Notes: a model not told the origin generated them from the sequence alone. Numbered from the stretch's first letter, positions 38,667-48,046 are shown. The stretch is DNA of 64,000 bases from an uncultured Rikenellaceae bacterium (GCA_963696805.1 CAVOLF010000006.1:167023-231022); one strand, 5' to 3'. Made by a program: numbers and translations.

Positions 38667-40130
38667 CTATACTTCCAGCTGGTTGGAACTGCCCTGAATG
38701 CCAAGCACTTTTGTGGTCCCTCCCTCGGGAAGGTTCGGATCAAATGGCTTGTTAACCTCCCATGAACCGCAGGTGAAATCGGGGATGTCTATTGATGATG
38801 ACCTGTTGGCGACTGACCATTCGCTCAGGGGCGTGATCACACTCCACAGAGCCGCGTCATATACATCCTGATCAAGAGGCAAACCGTTTCGCAGGCAGTC
38901 GATGAGCCTCCAGTCCATTATGAAATCCATTCCGCCGTGGCCACCTATCTCTTTTGCCATCTCTCCCACCCTTTTGACTATTTCTGGCGTATACTGTGCC
39001 TCAAGCGATGCCAGTTCCTCCGCTTTGAGCCATGAATGACCGAGTGCTATCCTGGCCGGGGAAGGCCACTTCCTTGCAGCCCCCTTTGTGCCGCTGATCA
39101 GGTGTATCCTCGAGTAAGGCCTGGGGCTTGACACATCATGCTGGATCATAATTGTCCTGCCTGCAACGGTCCTGACGAGGGTGGTGTTCATGTTGCCACG
39201 GTATTTTTGACCGGCATAAGGAATATAGAACGGATCTTCCCTAGCCAGCTGACCCAGTTCGGCAGCCATCGCGAAGTCATTTGAAGAAATGGAGGTCAGA
39301 TAATCCATTTTGTCTCCGCGGTTGATATTCATTATCTGGCATACCGGGCCCAGTCCGTGGGTCGGATAGAGATTACCGTTGCGGGTGTTCTCCTTCAGCC
39401 GCCACATGTCGGCGTAACCGTTTTTGTCATAGGTGAAGTCCCACCGCAGATCGTGGATGTAAGCTCCTTCGCCGTGGACGATCTCGCCAAAGAGCCCCTG
39501 GCGCGCCATATTGAGTGTAAGCAATTCAAAGAAATCGTAGCAGCAGTTTTCAAGCTGCATGCAATGTCTCCTGGTCCGTTCGGAAGTCTCCACCAGCTGC
39601 CAGCACTCCTCAACGGTCTTTGCCGCAGGAACCTCAACGGCTACATGTTTCCCTGCCTCCATTGCATAAACAGCCATCGGTGTATGCCAGGCCCATGGTG
39701 TGCATATATAAACCAGATCTATACCGGGGTCATCACAAAGACCCTTCCAGGCTTCCTCGGTGCCGCTGAAGGATTTTGCCTGCGGTATACCGAACTTTGA
39801 GAGCATGTCCTGCATCTTGTCCACGCGATCGGAATACTTGTCGCACAGGGCCACTATCTCCACCCCTTCAATGTGAGCCATGCGCTCAACCGCACCGGGT
39901 CCCCGCATGCCAAGTCCGATAAAGCCAATACGTACCTTCTCAAGCGGAGGAGATCCGTAGCCTGACATGTTAAACTTCTGTGAATGTGAAGCAAGGAGCG
40001 CCAGCCTGACTTCCGGCATCATCTCGGTTGACTTCTCCAGGCGTGAGCATGATGCCGCACTGCCAGCTGTGAGTGCTCCTGCTCCGGCAACGGCCGCTGT
40101 ACGCAGGAAATTCCGGCGATTGGTTTTCAT
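38667..40130 (-). CDS. Tat-exported Gfo/Idh/MocA-fold protein, GH109 (NAD-dependent alpha-N-acetylgalactosaminidase)-like
   Basis: Start chosen at MKTNRRNFLRTAAVAGAGALTAGSAASC (ATG at 40130). Rossmann motif IGFIGLGMRG. The C-terminal WSVITPLSEWSVANRSSSIDIPDFTCGSW resembles GH109 proteins, from memory. Confidence 0.75.
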   Translation of the reverse strand: MKTNRRNFLRTAAVAGAGALTAGSAASCSRLEKSTEMMPEVRLALLASHSQKFNMSGYGSPPLEKVRIGFIGLGMRGPGAVERMAHIEGVEIVALCDKYSDRVDKMQDMLSKFGIPQAKSFSGTEEAWKGLCDDPGIDLVYICTPWAWHTPMAVYAMEAGKHVAVEVPAAKTVEECWQLVETSERTRRHCMQLENCCYDFFELLTLNMARQGLFGEIVHGEGAYIHDLRWDFTYDKNGYADMWRLKENTRNGNLYPTHGLGPVCQIMNINRGDKMDYLTSISSNDFAMAAELGQLAREDPFYIPYAGQKYRGNMNTTLVRTVAGRTIMIQHDVSSPRPYSRIHLISGTKGAARKWPSPARIALGHSWLKAEELASLEAQYTPEIVKRVGEMAKEIGGHGGMDFIMDWRLIDCLRNGLPLDQDVYDAALWSVITPLSEWSVANRSSSIDIPDFTCGSWEVNKPFDPNLPEGGTTKVLGIQGSSNQLEV

Positions 40131-40205
40131 TGTTACAGGGTTAGGTTTGAATTGAATTATGTATGCAATATACAAACTTCCCGCTGATCACCCAGGGCGT
40201 GAAGA

Positions 40206-40403
40206 TCAACTCTCCTTCTCTTCCTGCGTCTTTTTCTTTTTGCGAATGAGATCACCTGCAACGGAGCCTGCCAGGTAACCCAGCACTGCTCCCCAGGGTA
40301 CCATGAGGTACCAGTTGGACTTTATTGCACAGGTGCCTGACACGCACCCCACATACTTCCAGTAAATAAATCCGCCGACAGCCCCGTGCAACTGTACCGG
40401 CAA
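40206..40403 (-). CDS. small membrane protein (DUF6132-like, GxxYWxxVGCxSGxC motif); N-terminus possibly displaced by a frameshift
   Basis: GGFIYWKYVGCVSGTCAIKS motif. A better-looking N-terminus (MNKGLLKRYLPEIAG, ATG at 40440) sits in another frame just upstream. Confidence 0.5.
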   Translation of the reverse strand: MPVQLHGAVGGFIYWKYVGCVSGTCAIKSNWYLMVPWGAVLGYLAGSVAGDLIRKKKKTQEEKES

Positions 40404-40442
40404 TTTCCGGCAGGTATCTTTTTAACAGACCTTTATTCATCT

Positions 40443-41567
40443 TTATGATTTTAAATCAATAACACTCCTGAAGAACTCTTGTTCTTTTATCTTCTCCTTT
40501 TCCCAGTTTAGCTCCCTGCGTGCCTCAGCAGTCTTTTCCCTCAGAGAGAGCAGGAAGCCACGGTCATCACGGAGCCTTTCAAGTGCAATGGCAACAGCCC
40601 CGGGTGTCACCTCTCCGATCACAACACCGCATCCGTACCTGCCTATCAATGATGCAACTTCCGGCAGGGGTGACACGATTACCGGGATCCCGGCTGCAAT
40701 GTAGTCAAACAGCTTGTTAGGGAGGCTGTACCTTTGATTTTCGCATGTGTCGGTATCAAGAGACAGTCCGGCATCACAGCACATTGTATACCGCATCATC
40801 TCCTCCCAGGGCATCCGGGGCAGGAACAGGATCCTCCCTGCTGCTCCGCTTTCACGTGCCGAGCTCCTCAGGGAGTCAATGATATCGCCTGAACCGATGA
40901 TGACGAGCCTGATCCGCTCAAGCATGGTCATGGCTTTGATCAGTTCACGGGCTCCTCTCCCCTCATTTATGCCAGAGCCCTGAAAGACCACCAGCAGGTC
41001 CTCCTCAGAAGCTCCCAGCGCACTCCGGTCATGTGGCTTCAGATGCGTCACTGACGGTGCCACGTTCCTTATTATAACAGGGGAGACACCGTATTCACGG
41101 TGGTACAGGTCCGCGATTGAGCCGCTGACTGTGATCATATGGCGTACTTTGGGAAGAATCAGTCTTTCTGCCCATTTCCATATGGCATGTATTACTCTTC
41201 GCTCTGCGAGACCATGCTGGCCTGTGAAATATTCATGTGCGTCATAAACCAGCCTCCTGCCTGACAAACGTGTCACCATGTAACATGGGACCAGGGTGTC
41301 AAGGTCGCATGCCAGGCAGAGGTCAAACCGCCTGAACAGCAGTCGCAAGAAAAGGAAGAAGTTGAACAGGATATACATGCCCGGTCCTTTTCTGAAAAGC
41401 ACCCTGATCCGGAGGGTTTCCACCCCCGGAAGAGGCAGGGGCACCAGGCTGCCGGTCTTCCTGCCGATAAGTGTCACCTCAAAGCCTTCCCCGGCAAGCA
41501 ACATCGCATGCTTCTGCACTCTCATGTCAGTTGACAGATCGCTTATGACTGCTATTAGGGCTTTCAA
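40443..41567 (-). CDS. glycosyltransferase family 4 (GT-B)
   Basis: 374 aa. The C-terminal LPNKLFDYIAAGIPVIVSPLPEV is typical of GT4 enzymes. Confidence 0.8.
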   Translation of the reverse strand: MKALIAVISDLSTDMRVQKHAMLLAGEGFEVTLIGRKTGSLVPLPLPGVETLRIRVLFRKGPGMYILFNFFLFLRLLFRRFDLCLACDLDTLVPCYMVTRLSGRRLVYDAHEYFTGQHGLAERRVIHAIWKWAERLILPKVRHMITVSGSIADLYHREYGVSPVIIRNVAPSVTHLKPHDRSALGASEEDLLVVFQGSGINEGRGARELIKAMTMLERIRLVIIGSGDIIDSLRSSARESGAAGRILFLPRMPWEEMMRYTMCCDAGLSLDTDTCENQRYSLPNKLFDYIAAGIPVIVSPLPEVASLIGRYGCGVVIGEVTPGAVAIALERLRDDRGFLLSLREKTAEARRELNWEKEKIKEQEFFRSVIDLKS

Positions 41568-41643
41568 TTACAGTTTGTTGAATGACAGGCAACAAATCTT
41601 GCGGCAATAAAAGGGGATGAAAGATACAAAAGAATTATTTTAC

Positions 41644-41651
41644 TATGTTTG
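41644..41651 (+). promoter_or_regulatory. -7 promoter box TATGTTTG
   Basis: TAnnTTTG match 19 nt upstream of the 41670 start, in a divergent spacer. Confidence 0.4.
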
Positions 41652-41669
41652 TAAATAGTAATCCCGTTC

Positions 41670-42818
41670 ATGGACAAAACTCCTGAAAGCACAATAGTAC
41701 ACCTGATCAGCTTCAACGTACCTTATCCGCCTGATTACGGAGGGGTTATGGATGTTTTCTACAAGATCTCAGCCTTGAAACAGCTGGGTGTGGGTGTGAT
41801 TCTGCACTGTTTCAGCTACGGTCGCAGCCGTTCACGTACTCTTGAACGCGAATGCCTTCAGGTGCATTATTACAAGCGCGACCTGAACCTGTTCCACTTT
41901 TTCCGCCGTGAGCCGTTTATAGTTCTGTCACGCAGAAACGGATCGCTGCTTAATAATCTGCTTTCCGATAGGAACCCGGTGATTTTTGAGGGTCTTCACA
42001 CAACGTATTTACTTGATCATCCGGCTCTTGCGAATAGAATAAAAATGGTTCGCACGCACAATATAGAGCATATCTATTATCGCAACCTGGCTGCCAACGA
42101 AAAAAATCTGTTCAGAAAGCTCTTTTACTATGCTGAAGCAAGGAAACTTGAGCGCTATGAACCGAAGTTGGGGAAGGCAACCCTGCTGCTTACCATATCA
42201 CCTGGTGACACTGATTACTTCAGGACGAGATACGGCAATGCCCTTTTTGTGGGTCCCTTTCACCCGGCAGAAGGATGCCGCTCTTCAAACGGTAAAGGTG
42301 ATTATGTACTTGTTCACGGAGATTTCTCAACAGCCGAGAACAATGTGGCAGCCCGCTTCATATTGGATGAGGTGGCCGTGAACTGGAGACATAAGACGGT
42401 ATTTGCCGGCAAACGACCTTCCGACGAGTTAGTTCATGCTGCCTCGGCACTGAAGCACGTGAAGATTATTCCCAACCCGTCATTGAACCAGATGAGTGAA
42501 CTTATCACGAATGCGCAGATCTGTCTGCTGAATGCCTCACAGCCTTCAGGCATGAAGCTGAAACTGATTATTTCACTTTGTACCGGAAGGCATGTCATCA
42601 CATCCGCTCCCGTTGTTGCAGGTACCCGTCTGGAGAGCCTGTGCAATATCGCCTCTGATCCGGGTGAATGGGTCAGCATGACAGAAAGACTGATGCAGGC
42701 AGATTTCACCCCTGAGATGAGGGAAAAGCGTAACCACGTTCTGCGTGAAGTGGCTGACAACACTTTGAATGCCAGGAAAATTATTGAGTTCCTGAACAGT
42801 TACAGCCCGATAAGATAA
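41670..42818 (+). CDS. glycosyltransferase-like protein (GT-B-like; family uncertain)
   Basis: 382-aa ORF. The N-terminal IVHLISFNVPYPPDYGGVMDVFYKI resembles Bacteroidota proteins annotated as glycosyl/mannosyltransferases, from memory. Divergent from a GT4 gene. Confidence 0.55.
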   Translation: MDKTPESTIVHLISFNVPYPPDYGGVMDVFYKISALKQLGVGVILHCFSYGRSRSRTLERECLQVHYYKRDLNLFHFFRREPFIVLSRRNGSLLNNLLSDRNPVIFEGLHTTYLLDHPALANRIKMVRTHNIEHIYYRNLAANEKNLFRKLFYYAEARKLERYEPKLGKATLLLTISPGDTDYFRTRYGNALFVGPFHPAEGCRSSNGKGDYVLVHGDFSTAENNVAARFILDEVAVNWRHKTVFAGKRPSDELVHAASALKHVKIIPNPSLNQMSELITNAQICLLNASQPSGMKLKLIISLCTGRHVITSAPVVAGTRLESLCNIASDPGEWVSMTERLMQADFTPEMREKRNHVLREVADNTLNARKIIEFLNSYSPIR

Positions 42819-42828
42819 TCCTGAGCCT

Positions 42829-43854
42829 CTACCTGTATATTTTTCTCCTGTTCAGCTCACGCCGGTAGGCTGCCGCATACCTGTTATGCTCGGCGAGGGT
42901 TCTTGAGAAATGATGGTAACCTGACGAATCGTACCTGGCCACGAAATAGAGGTAGTCATGCTTTTCAGCGTTGAGCACCGCCTCAAGTCCCGAACGTGAA
43001 GGACAGCGTATGGGCCCGGGTGGTAATCCCTTGAATTTGTAGGTGTTATAAGGGGAATCAACCTCAAGGTGCCTGTTTAATATGCGTCTGAGCGTGAAGT
43101 CATTGACAGCATACTTGACGGTAGGGTCAGCCTGCAGCGGCATCCCCTGACGCAGCCTGTTGATGTATACTCCGGCAATGCGCGACTTTTCATCATCCCT
43201 GGAGGCCTCCTCATCAACGATGGAGGCCAGTACTGACACCTCTGCGGGGGTCAGTTCAAGGGCACCGGCTGACGCTGTACGTTCTTTATTCCAGTATGAC
43301 CTGTATTCGCGTAGCATGCGGCGGTAAAAGTCTCTGGCATCGGTTGTCCAGTAAAGCTGATATGTATCCGGTATAAAGACTGAAATGACTGTCAGACGGT
43401 TAAATCCATCGTTCAGGTAGTTATTTTCATCATCAAAAAAAGCCGTAAGAGAGGCTGAGTCAGTTTCAACCTGACCGCCTATCCTGCCGGCAAGCTCGTC
43501 GAGTGTGCGGATATTGTTGAAGGTCACATTGACGGGAGCCTGCCTTCCGGACCTTAGCATATTTACTATGTTGTTGTTGCTCATTCCGGGCTCAATGATA
43601 TACGAACCGGGTTTGACGTTAAGGCCATGGGATTTAAGACGGTAGGTGATGGTGAAGTTTCGCTCGCTCCTGAGAATACCCGAGTTCCTGAGCGTGTCGG
43701 CCAGATCATCGAACGATGACCCTGTTGGAATGAAAATCCTTACTTCTCCCTCAACGGCGACATTATCCCTGAGCACGGTCACCCACATAAACACTGTCAG
43801 TGTGATCCCTGCCGCAAGAATAGTGTAAAAGAGTGTCAGTGTTATCTTTTTCAT
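42829..43854 (-). CDS. mltG: endolytic murein transglycosylase MltG (YceG-like)
   Basis: N-terminal TM anchor. Motifs GVYINRLRQGMPLQADPTVKY and FKGLPPGPIRCPS...YLYFVA. Confidence 0.9.
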   Translation of the reverse strand: MKKITLTLFYTILAAGITLTVFMWVTVLRDNVAVEGEVRIFIPTGSSFDDLADTLRNSGILRSERNFTITYRLKSHGLNVKPGSYIIEPGMSNNNIVNMLRSGRQAPVNVTFNNIRTLDELAGRIGGQVETDSASLTAFFDDENNYLNDGFNRLTVISVFIPDTYQLYWTTDARDFYRRMLREYRSYWNKERTASAGALELTPAEVSVLASIVDEEASRDDEKSRIAGVYINRLRQGMPLQADPTVKYAVNDFTLRRILNRHLEVDSPYNTYKFKGLPPGPIRCPSRSGLEAVLNAEKHDYLYFVARYDSSGYHHFSRTLAEHNRYAAAYRRELNRRKIYR

Positions 43855-43865
43855 CAGTTAAGATC

Positions 43866-45332
43866 TTAATATAGTGGCCCGAATATGCGTGCCATAGACT
43901 CCTTGTATCTTTCTCTCCTGCTCCTTATAACCCACTCTGGCATGACCACCTCTTTGCAGTTTTCAAGGTCCTCTTCAAACAGCACTCCAAGCCTGGCAGC
44001 AAATTCCTGGTCATAGATCAGAGCCGTAACTTCAAAATCGAGGTCAAAGCTGCGTACATCGACGTTGGGTGAGCCTACTGATGAGAAGACGCTGTCTACC
44101 AGCAGATATTTGGAATGGATAAACCCATTCTCATAAAGAAATATCCTGACACCGGCTTCGAGCAGTTCGGTTATATATGAGCGGGTGTTCCAGTTGGATA
44201 TGATTGAATCGGAATGTTTCGGGAAGATCATTCTTACATCCACACCGCTCAGGGCAGATGTCTTAAGGGCTGTCAGGATGCTTTCATCGGGACTGAAATA
44301 GGGAGAGGTCAGGTAAATTGAAGACTTTGCTGTTGCAATGGCCGAAAAATAAACTTGCATTATCGTTGCCCAGTCGGTGTCTGGCCCGCTTGAAGCCACC
44401 TGCACCAGGCACCGGTTCCCGGTTCTTATGACATGTTTCAGGAAACTCTCAGGCTTCAACTCCTCCCCGCTCACGAAATCCCAGTCGGAGATAAAAACCC
44501 GGTCAAGAGCCGCCACCGCCTCCCCTTCAAGCTTCAGGTGAGTATCAACCCATGGCCCGAGGTCATGGAGGCCATGCAGGTACTTGTCTGCTATGTTGAG
44601 TCCGCCAACAAACCCTAACCGGCCGTCAACCACCAGTATCTTCCTGTGATTCCGGTAGTTGATCTTGCTCGAGAAACTCGGAAACCGTACCGGCATGAAC
44701 GGGAAGATCTGCACCCCGGAGGCTCTCATCTCCCTGAGGTAAGGTTTATGGATGTTCCAGCTTCCCACGTCATCAAAAATGACCCTGACTCTCACACCCT
44801 CACGCGCCTTGTGCTCCAACAGCGCACTGAACTCGGTTCCCAGGGTGTCTGGTTCTATCCGGTAAAACTCCAGGTGAATGTAGTTAGTTGCCGAGGCAAT
44901 GGCGTCAAGCATGGCAGGAAAGGTCTGTTTACCGTTCACCAGAAGATCAATTTTGTTGTCAAGGGTAAGGAGTGACCTGTTGTTATTGAGCATGAGGCGG
45001 ATCAGATGTCCCTTTGACTTTACTGCTTCACTTTCATCAGCGAGGACCCTGGGCAGCGTCACAACCTGCCGGTTCGCATGGGCGGCAAGCCGTCTGCTGT
45101 CAGTCATACCCTTGCGGCTGTAGATCTTCTGCTTCCGGTAGTACCTGCCGAAGAGCACATATATTACCACACCTGCAACGGGAACAAGCAATATCACCAA
45201 TATCCAGGCAAGCGTCTTCACAGGGTTCCTGTTCTCAAACACGATCATAAGACAAATTGAAAAGACCGTGATCAGGTAAAGAACCGCGAGCACATTCCAG
45301 AGAACAGATATTGGATTTCCTGTCAGAAGCAT
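43866..45332 (-). CDS. cls: cardiolipin synthase (PLD superfamily)
   Basis: Two N-terminal TM helices and two HKD motifs (HRKILVVDGRLGFVGGLN and IHSKYLLVDSVFSSVGSPN). Confidence 0.9.
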   Translation of the reverse strand: MLLTGNPISVLWNVLAVLYLITVFSICLMIVFENRNPVKTLAWILVILLVPVAGVVIYVLFGRYYRKQKIYSRKGMTDSRRLAAHANRQVVTLPRVLADESEAVKSKGHLIRLMLNNNRSLLTLDNKIDLLVNGKQTFPAMLDAIASATNYIHLEFYRIEPDTLGTEFSALLEHKAREGVRVRVIFDDVGSWNIHKPYLREMRASGVQIFPFMPVRFPSFSSKINYRNHRKILVVDGRLGFVGGLNIADKYLHGLHDLGPWVDTHLKLEGEAVAALDRVFISDWDFVSGEELKPESFLKHVIRTGNRCLVQVASSGPDTDWATIMQVYFSAIATAKSSIYLTSPYFSPDESILTALKTSALSGVDVRMIFPKHSDSIISNWNTRSYITELLEAGVRIFLYENGFIHSKYLLVDSVFSSVGSPNVDVRSFDLDFEVTALIYDQEFAARLGVLFEEDLENCKEVVMPEWVIRSRRERYKESMARIFGPLY

Positions 45333-45362
45333 GGACCTTAGCCTAATATACTCCTGTAAAAA

Positions 45363-45398
45363 TAAAAAAAAACTCCTCCGCTGAAGAACGGAAGAGTT
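45363..45398 (-). terminator. rho-independent terminator of the outer-membrane protein gene
   Basis: On the minus strand, AACTCTTCCG-loop-CGGAGGAGTT (one mismatch) followed by T9. It lies 20 nt after the stop at 45418. Confidence 0.65.
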
Positions 45399-45417
45399 CT
45401 TTTATGTTGTCTCAGGC

Positions 45418-46047
45418 TCAGAATATCACGCCTACCTGAAGCAGCAGCGCCCCGGTCCTGTCATCAAGGGTGAAGGTCTCTCCACCAATTGTAATATCGT
45501 TGCCGAACTGGTTGAGGTTTCCTTCATATCGAACATCCAGGGTCAGCTTCTTGAAGAGATCAAGACCGACACCTGCCTGATAACCGAATGTAGCGGTTTT
45601 ATAGGTTGCAATATCAATCATATCTGACGGCTCAGAAAGCAGAATGGAAGCAGCCGGTCCTGCATTAATCCGAACCGGTCCCAGTTTAAATCCAAGAAGA
45701 ACAGGAATATTAAGCTTTGTGAACTTCTGTTCAAGCAGCTCGTCAACAGGTTGCCCGTCAACCACACCTTCGTAAGAGAGCGAATTCGTTGCAGTGGCAA
45801 GGAGAAACTCAGGCTGCAAGTAAAACCCTGAAAACGATACTCTCATAAAAGCTCCACCCTGAAAGCCCCACTCAACGCTCTTGGCATTCTGAAGAATTAC
45901 ATCAACGTCTGCCTGAGACAGATCGAGGTTGGTAAACGTGAAGTCTGTGCTTACTCCTGCCTTCAGGCCAAAATTAACCTGTGAAAAAAGAGGAGCGGCA
46001 AGAACAAGTGCAAGAACTGTGACAATGATCTTTTTCATTTTATTCAA
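45418..46047 (-). CDS. outer-membrane beta-barrel protein (OMP_b-brl_2/PorT-like porin family)
   Basis: 209 aa with a signal peptide, alternating hydrophobic beta-strand pattern and a C-terminal aromatic residue (…LLLQVGVIF). Confidence 0.7.
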   Translation of the reverse strand: MNKMKKIIVTVLALVLAAPLFSQVNFGLKAGVSTDFTFTNLDLSQADVDVILQNAKSVEWGFQGGAFMRVSFSGFYLQPEFLLATATNSLSYEGVVDGQPVDELLEQKFTKLNIPVLLGFKLGPVRINAGPAASILLSEPSDMIDIATYKTATFGYQAGVGLDLFKKLTLDVRYEGNLNQFGNDITIGGETFTLDDRTGALLLQVGVIF

Positions 46048-46136
46048 GTTTTAAGTTAATAGAAACAGTAGTTGCTCTAATTAACGCAAGAATAAGGCCA
46101 AAGGTTGCACCAAAATGAATAAATGGGATGCTTTTT

Positions 46137-46667
46137 CTACTTTTTTGCCAGTTCGGCGAAGATCACATCCTTCATTTTATCAAACTCTTCACGGTCGAAC
46201 AGGCGTGTCAGGAAGATGATCCTGCCTTTCCTGTCGATGATGACATTGCGGGTGACGCCGGCTTCCTTCTGTGCAAAGAGCCCGAAGATATCAGCTCCCG
46301 GGTCGAGGGCCAGCGGATAGGTAATCTTCATGTTATCCTTAAAGCTGAGCACCGTAGCCTCAGGTTCATCACGGTCAATGCCTATTACCACAAGCCCCTT
46401 TTCCTTGCCCGGGATCCATATTTCATCCTCAATGAATGGCATCTCCTTGCGGCACACCCCGCACCAGCTCGCTGTGAACTGCAACATGACAACCTCTCCG
46501 CGGAGATCTGCCAGGTTATAGGTCTCTCCGCCGGCTTCCCTGATGGTAAAATCCGGAGCAGTGTCGCCGACCTTCACCAGGTAACCGTGCTCATATACCT
46601 TCTGCTCCTGTGCGTATGCCATGCAGGTGATCATGGCAGCTGCCGCAAGTATTACAAGTTTTTTCAT
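46137..46667 (-). CDS. TlpA-family thiol:disulfide oxidoreductase (redoxin/AhpC-TSA fold)
   Basis: Signal peptide and the thioredoxin active site FTASWCGVCRKEMP. Confidence 0.85.
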   Translation of the reverse strand: MKKLVILAAAAMITCMAYAQEQKVYEHGYLVKVGDTAPDFTIREAGGETYNLADLRGEVVMLQFTASWCGVCRKEMPFIEDEIWIPGKEKGLVVIGIDRDEPEATVLSFKDNMKITYPLALDPGADIFGLFAQKEAGVTRNVIIDRKGRIIFLTRLFDREEFDKMKDVIFAELAKK

Positions 46668-46723
46668 TTCCCTTTTAGTTCATGGTCCAAAAATACAATT
46701 TTTGTTGTGTGGGGCGCAATTCA

Positions 46724-46925
46724 AAGTCATAAAGTCCGGAAAGTAGAAAGTCCGGAAAGTCATATAAGTCGAAAGTCTCGAAAGTCCGGAAAGTCAGTAA
46801 AGTCGAAAGTCTCGAAAGTCCGGAAAGTCAGTAAAATCGGATAATTGCAAATCGAAAATTTGAGCCTGCGACCAAGGAGCAGGATCAATCCCGCACACGC
46901 AGTGTCGGGACGAAAATCGCAAATT
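46724..46925. repeat. AAGTC-word array including a perfect 34-bp tandem duplication (46766-46799 and 46800-46833), then ATCGAAA/CGCAAAT words
   Basis: Read directly. AAGTC recurs at spacings of 7,9,9,9,7,9,9,9. The unit is AAGTCGAAAGTCTCGAAAGTCCGGAAAGTCAGTA x2. Located between the tandem minus-strand genes. Confidence 0.85.
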
Positions 46926-47324
46926 CTAATTATCCTCCTCCTTCAGAATCGAGAGGTAGCCGCTGCTCCGGCGGAGCTCAAGATACCCTCTCCCTGCCTC
47001 CCTGAAGCCATACTCAAAACAGTAGGCCCACCTTATTCCCTCCTGCGTTTCAACAAGGTGTGTAAAAAAGGTGAAGTTGTAACCCTGAGCAATGAGCGCA
47101 TCACGGTGAATACGCCCGTGTCCGTCGTCAAGAAGATCAGCCAGTATCTTGCGGTTACGCCTCAGCTGGGCATGAACGTTTCGTACATAGTTATTCTGAT
47201 CGCGGTTAATGCGGTTGTTGTAGTTATTCCGGCACTGATCGGAACAGAATTTCTTATCAGACCGGCCCAGGAGCCTGGCCCCGCAGTCAAGACATACTCT
47301 TTCCACAGCGTAATGTTTGATCAA
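46926..47324 (-). CDS. hypothetical zinc-ribbon protein
   Basis: 132-aa ORF with CLDCG...CSDQC (a four-Cys ribbon) at the N-terminus. No family name recognised. Confidence 0.6.
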   Translation of the reverse strand: MIKHYAVERVCLDCGARLLGRSDKKFCSDQCRNNYNNRINRDQNNYVRNVHAQLRRNRKILADLLDDGHGRIHRDALIAQGYNFTFFTHLVETQEGIRWAYCFEYGFREAGRGYLELRRSSGYLSILKEEDN

Positions 47325-47505
47325 ATTTACAAAATATTTTATTAAGCATAATCGCTTATCATATTGATTATGATAATTAAAAGCGTTTACAAACGGATAT
47401 AAACGACTGCTAACCGGATAGAAATGATTATCAACCGGATCATATGGTTAAGAGGGTGCACTTTTGTATCGTTAACAGCATTAATAACCTTAAATCAAAA
47501 AAATC

Positions 47506-47946
47506 ATGAATGCTTTAAGAAACAAGGTGCAACTGATTGGCCGTCTTGGTCAGGATCCGGAAATCAGAACGCTTGAGAGCGGAAAAAAGGTTGCTCATTT
47601 TAACCTGGCAACCAATGAGAGTTACAAGAATGCTGACGGTGCAAAGGTAGATGATACTACCTGGCACAGCATCGTTGCATGGAACGGGCTTGCAGAGCTC
47701 ACTTCGAAGTTTCTCGCCAAGGGCAGGGAGGTCTGCATAGAGGGGCGGATAAACTACCGCAGCTACACAGACAAGAATGGCAATCTGAAGAATGTCACCG
47801 AGATAGTGGCAACTGATCTCGTGATGCTCAGTTCCGGAAGCAGGTCCAGGGATATGATCGCTGATGATTCTGAACCGGAGCCTTCCGCTGAGCCATTTGC
47901 AGGCAGTGAGCCTGCCGGGCGCGCGGGAAAGGGCCGTGGAAAGTAG
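47506..47946 (+). CDS. ssb: single-stranded DNA-binding protein
   Basis: OB-fold sequence NKVQLIGRLGQDPEIRT...TWHSIVAWNGLAE...KGREVCIEGRINYRSYTDKNG. The tail lacks the canonical acidic D-D-(I/L)-P-F tip. Confidence 0.9.
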   Translation: MNALRNKVQLIGRLGQDPEIRTLESGKKVAHFNLATNESYKNADGAKVDDTTWHSIVAWNGLAELTSKFLAKGREVCIEGRINYRSYTDKNGNLKNVTEIVATDLVMLSSGSRSRDMIADDSEPEPSAEPFAGSEPAGRAGKGRGK

Positions 47947-48019
47947 CCTTGGCAAAAGCCGCCAATGACATTCCGTGTTGAGTGAGGGGTTGAATTGTGA
48001 GGAACGGATGTCTCGCTGG

Positions 48020-48046
48020 CAGGTCCCGGCATTGAGCCGGGGCCTG
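48020..48046 (+). terminator. possible ssb terminator hairpin
   Basis: CAGGTCCCGGC-ATTGA-GCCGGGGCCTG (11-bp stem with one G-U pair) followed only by TTTA. The weak U-tract keeps confidence low. Confidence 0.4.

Noticed and set aside
46128-46844. 238-aa plus-strand ORF ending in SRKSRKSGKSVKSKVSKVRKVSKIG
   Set aside because: It is antisense to the TlpA-like gene, and its repetitive tail is simply the AAGTC word array translated.
47515-47955. 146-aa minus-strand ORF mirroring ssb
   Set aside because: It is the exact antisense shadow of a gene with a canonical OB-fold sequence, and its translation has no family resemblance.
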